Assembly: GCF_006345805.1 (NCBI RefSeq)
Contig: NW_021833613.1
Span: forward strand, 1 to 57,352
Reading direction: 5' to 3'
Length of the DNA: 57,352 bases
DNA from: Octopus sinensis
Taxonomy: Eukaryota
Shown here: positions 55,318 to 57,352 of the stretch, piece by piece
Position numbering within the stretch: position 1 is the first letter of the stretch
Layout: each line of letters begins with the position of its first letter
The notes under the pieces: model-generated
Told to the model about the DNA's origin: nothing
What the model saw: only the letters and a program-made list of their open reading frames with translations
Database searches by the model: none
Made by a program: the position numbers and the translations under genes

Positions 55318-55760
55318 ATATATATTTATATATATATATATTATTTAACCATTATATATAATCATATACATAATATATATGTATACTCACGCACATGCAG
55401 TCATGAGTCAGCATTTGAAACCCTGCGTGAATCATCATGATACAAGTTATTGTTGTTGTTGTTGTTATTATTATTATATTGTTGTTGTTGTTATTATTAT
55501 TATATTATATATATTATTATTATTATATTATTATTATTATTATTAATATATATATTTATATATATATATATATATATTTAACCATTATATATATATACAT
55601 ACATATATATGTATACTCACGCACATGCAGTCATGATGTCAGCATTTTGAAACCCTGCGTGAATCATCATGATACAAGTAACTCTTTTGCAATATTAAGG
55701 TGGCTTCCATACTTACAAATCAGCTTTTTCTCACCTATATCTTTAACCATCATACTCTCC
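54270..55760 (+). repeat. Locally repeated module cacatgcagtcatgatgtc...gaatcatcatgatacaag (4 full or partial copies)
   Basis: Copies near 54270, 54335, 55387 and 55618, interleaved with ATT/TA tracts. Confidence 0.85.
54505..55050. mobile_element. Unclassified ~545-bp non-coding element between (ATT)n tracts
   Basis: Sharp GC-richer block with ATT repeats on both sides; no tRNA head, terminal inverted repeat or long ORF seen. Confidence 0.6.
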
Positions 55761-55855
55761 AACGCCGTGGACGCTTTACCAATACATCTAGCTATTCCTG
55801 CAAAAAAGGAGACATTAAAAATCGTCAATATTTGCTCGAACGTCTTACACATACA

Positions 55856-55911
<56 letters not shown>

Positions 55912-55954
55912 TATATACACACACACATACACACACATACACACACACACACAC

Positions 55955-57147
55955 AGTTGGAAAGAAAGTTCTATTGTAGTTTTGGCATGATCTTTTTGAA
56001 GTTTCTTTTCCGATACTTACGGCAAAACAAGCATTAAAGTATATTTTCTTCCTTTGCAGATTACACCATAGTGGCTAAATTCGTTTCGATGTTATCCTTT
56101 TAAAATGAGTTTAGCGAATACACTGCATACTGTATGAATTGGAAGTGGCAAGAAATTTTCGATCTGTTTTTGGAAATGAATCTATAAATATCCGGACATG
56201 TCAATGATGGTTTGGCCAGTTTCGCTTGGGAAATTTTTTTTTTGCATATTCTCTTTGGTCTGGTCAATCAAATTTCTCTAAATACTGAACTTCTGAAAGC
56301 CATAATTAGGGAAAATGAAAAGCAAACTGATGAAAATCAGCAACATGAAAACATAGTTTAATTCAGGTCACGCTGAGACTATAAAACATCGTCATGGACT
56401 AAGAAAATTGACTAAACTTAGTTTGTGGGTCCTTTATCACCACACTGCTCAGTCTAATCAAAGAGTTGCCCTCTGTTCGTCATTGAAAAGTGAAGTAAAC
56501 TTGCTATCGAACCCTTTCTGGGTAAAATTAGCACAAATGATGTAAAGTGAGTTCCCTATAATCATATCCAACGAAAATTGTTTGTATCCAGTGTAAAAGA
56601 AGAATCTACGTCCAATCTAGGACTGTATTCGAAATAAGTCATGATTTGGGTTTAGAGGGATATGAAAAGTGTCGTCTATCATGAAGTGTTAAACGAAAAC
56701 GAAACTGTTAATACGGACATGTACTATCATCAATTGGAAGTACTGCAGAAAAGGCTCACATCACTGGTCAGTCATAAAGGGGCGTTGCTCTTACACGCTC
56801 ATGCAAGATCACATTGTCTAAGTCGCCCAGGAAAAGATTATAGTACAAAATTAATATGGAAGTTTTGTTTCATCCTTCTTACTCTCCTGACCCTGTTCTA
56901 TCTGACTACCGTCTTTTCAGATAATTGTAACATTATTTAGAGGGAAAGCAGTTTATTGTGATGAGGTTAAAAATTATTTTCAGTGTTTCGTAGCTTCGGT
57001 ACCTGAAGAATTTTACACTCGAGGAATAAAATATTTGTCAAATAGATGGGTTTTTGTTTACAATAAGAGGGGAAATATCAATTAACACCGAAGAGCATTT
57101 GTTTCTTTCTCACCTTAAAATGCGGTCAAACTTTCTGCCGTCCTTAT
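55955..57147 (+). mobile_element. Decayed mariner (Tc1/mariner) transposon
   Basis: WVLY..L, KSVVYHEVL.ENETVNTDMYYHQL...KGALLLHAHARSH (compare HDNARPH); imperfect TIR-like ends with TA at the right end; ~1.2 kb. Confidence 0.78.
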
Positions 57148-57352
57148 ATATATATATATAATATATATATATATATTATATATATATATATATAATATAT
57201 ATATATATATATACAACCAAAAGAGCTACTGACAGTTTCATGCTGTTATGATACTCGAACAGGTATACTTATAAAATGCGCCATTTATATCTTAAAAAAT
57301 CTTCAGGCTCTGTTATGCCTTATATACAAAACTTTCATCATGGATAAATCAT

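Overview
AT-rich, microsatellite-dense eukaryotic DNA with no host protein-coding gene that I can support; most long ORFs in the track are microsatellite read-throughs. The repeat repertoire looks like an Octopus-type cephalopod genome (my recollection of these repeat families, not a database result). Contents: many tRNA-headed SINEs of at least four families; two divergently oriented R4/Dong-clade RLE retrotransposons beside (TAA)n tracts, one reconstructable to a ~1,170-aa ORF by four single-base corrections; three L1/Tx1 pieces abutting (TATC)n; two CR1-like fragments; an RTE 3' end; a decayed Penelope-like element (RT + GIY-YIG); a mariner remnant; and hAT/piggyBac-like MITE ends. The main unexplained signal is a set of at least seven unrelated-looking type I hammerhead ribozyme motifs in small non-coding elements among (TA)n tracts. 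Two have a fully intact core (2915-3036 minus, 43983-44078 plus). Two of the elements (22737-23232 and 43631-44204) share one architecture: a 5' inverted segment, then a ~336 or ~476 nt unit with a short terminal direct repeat and a single hammerhead. This resembles retrozyme or Penelope pseudo-LTR derived elements copied from circular or multimeric RNA. I cannot establish novelty without searches.
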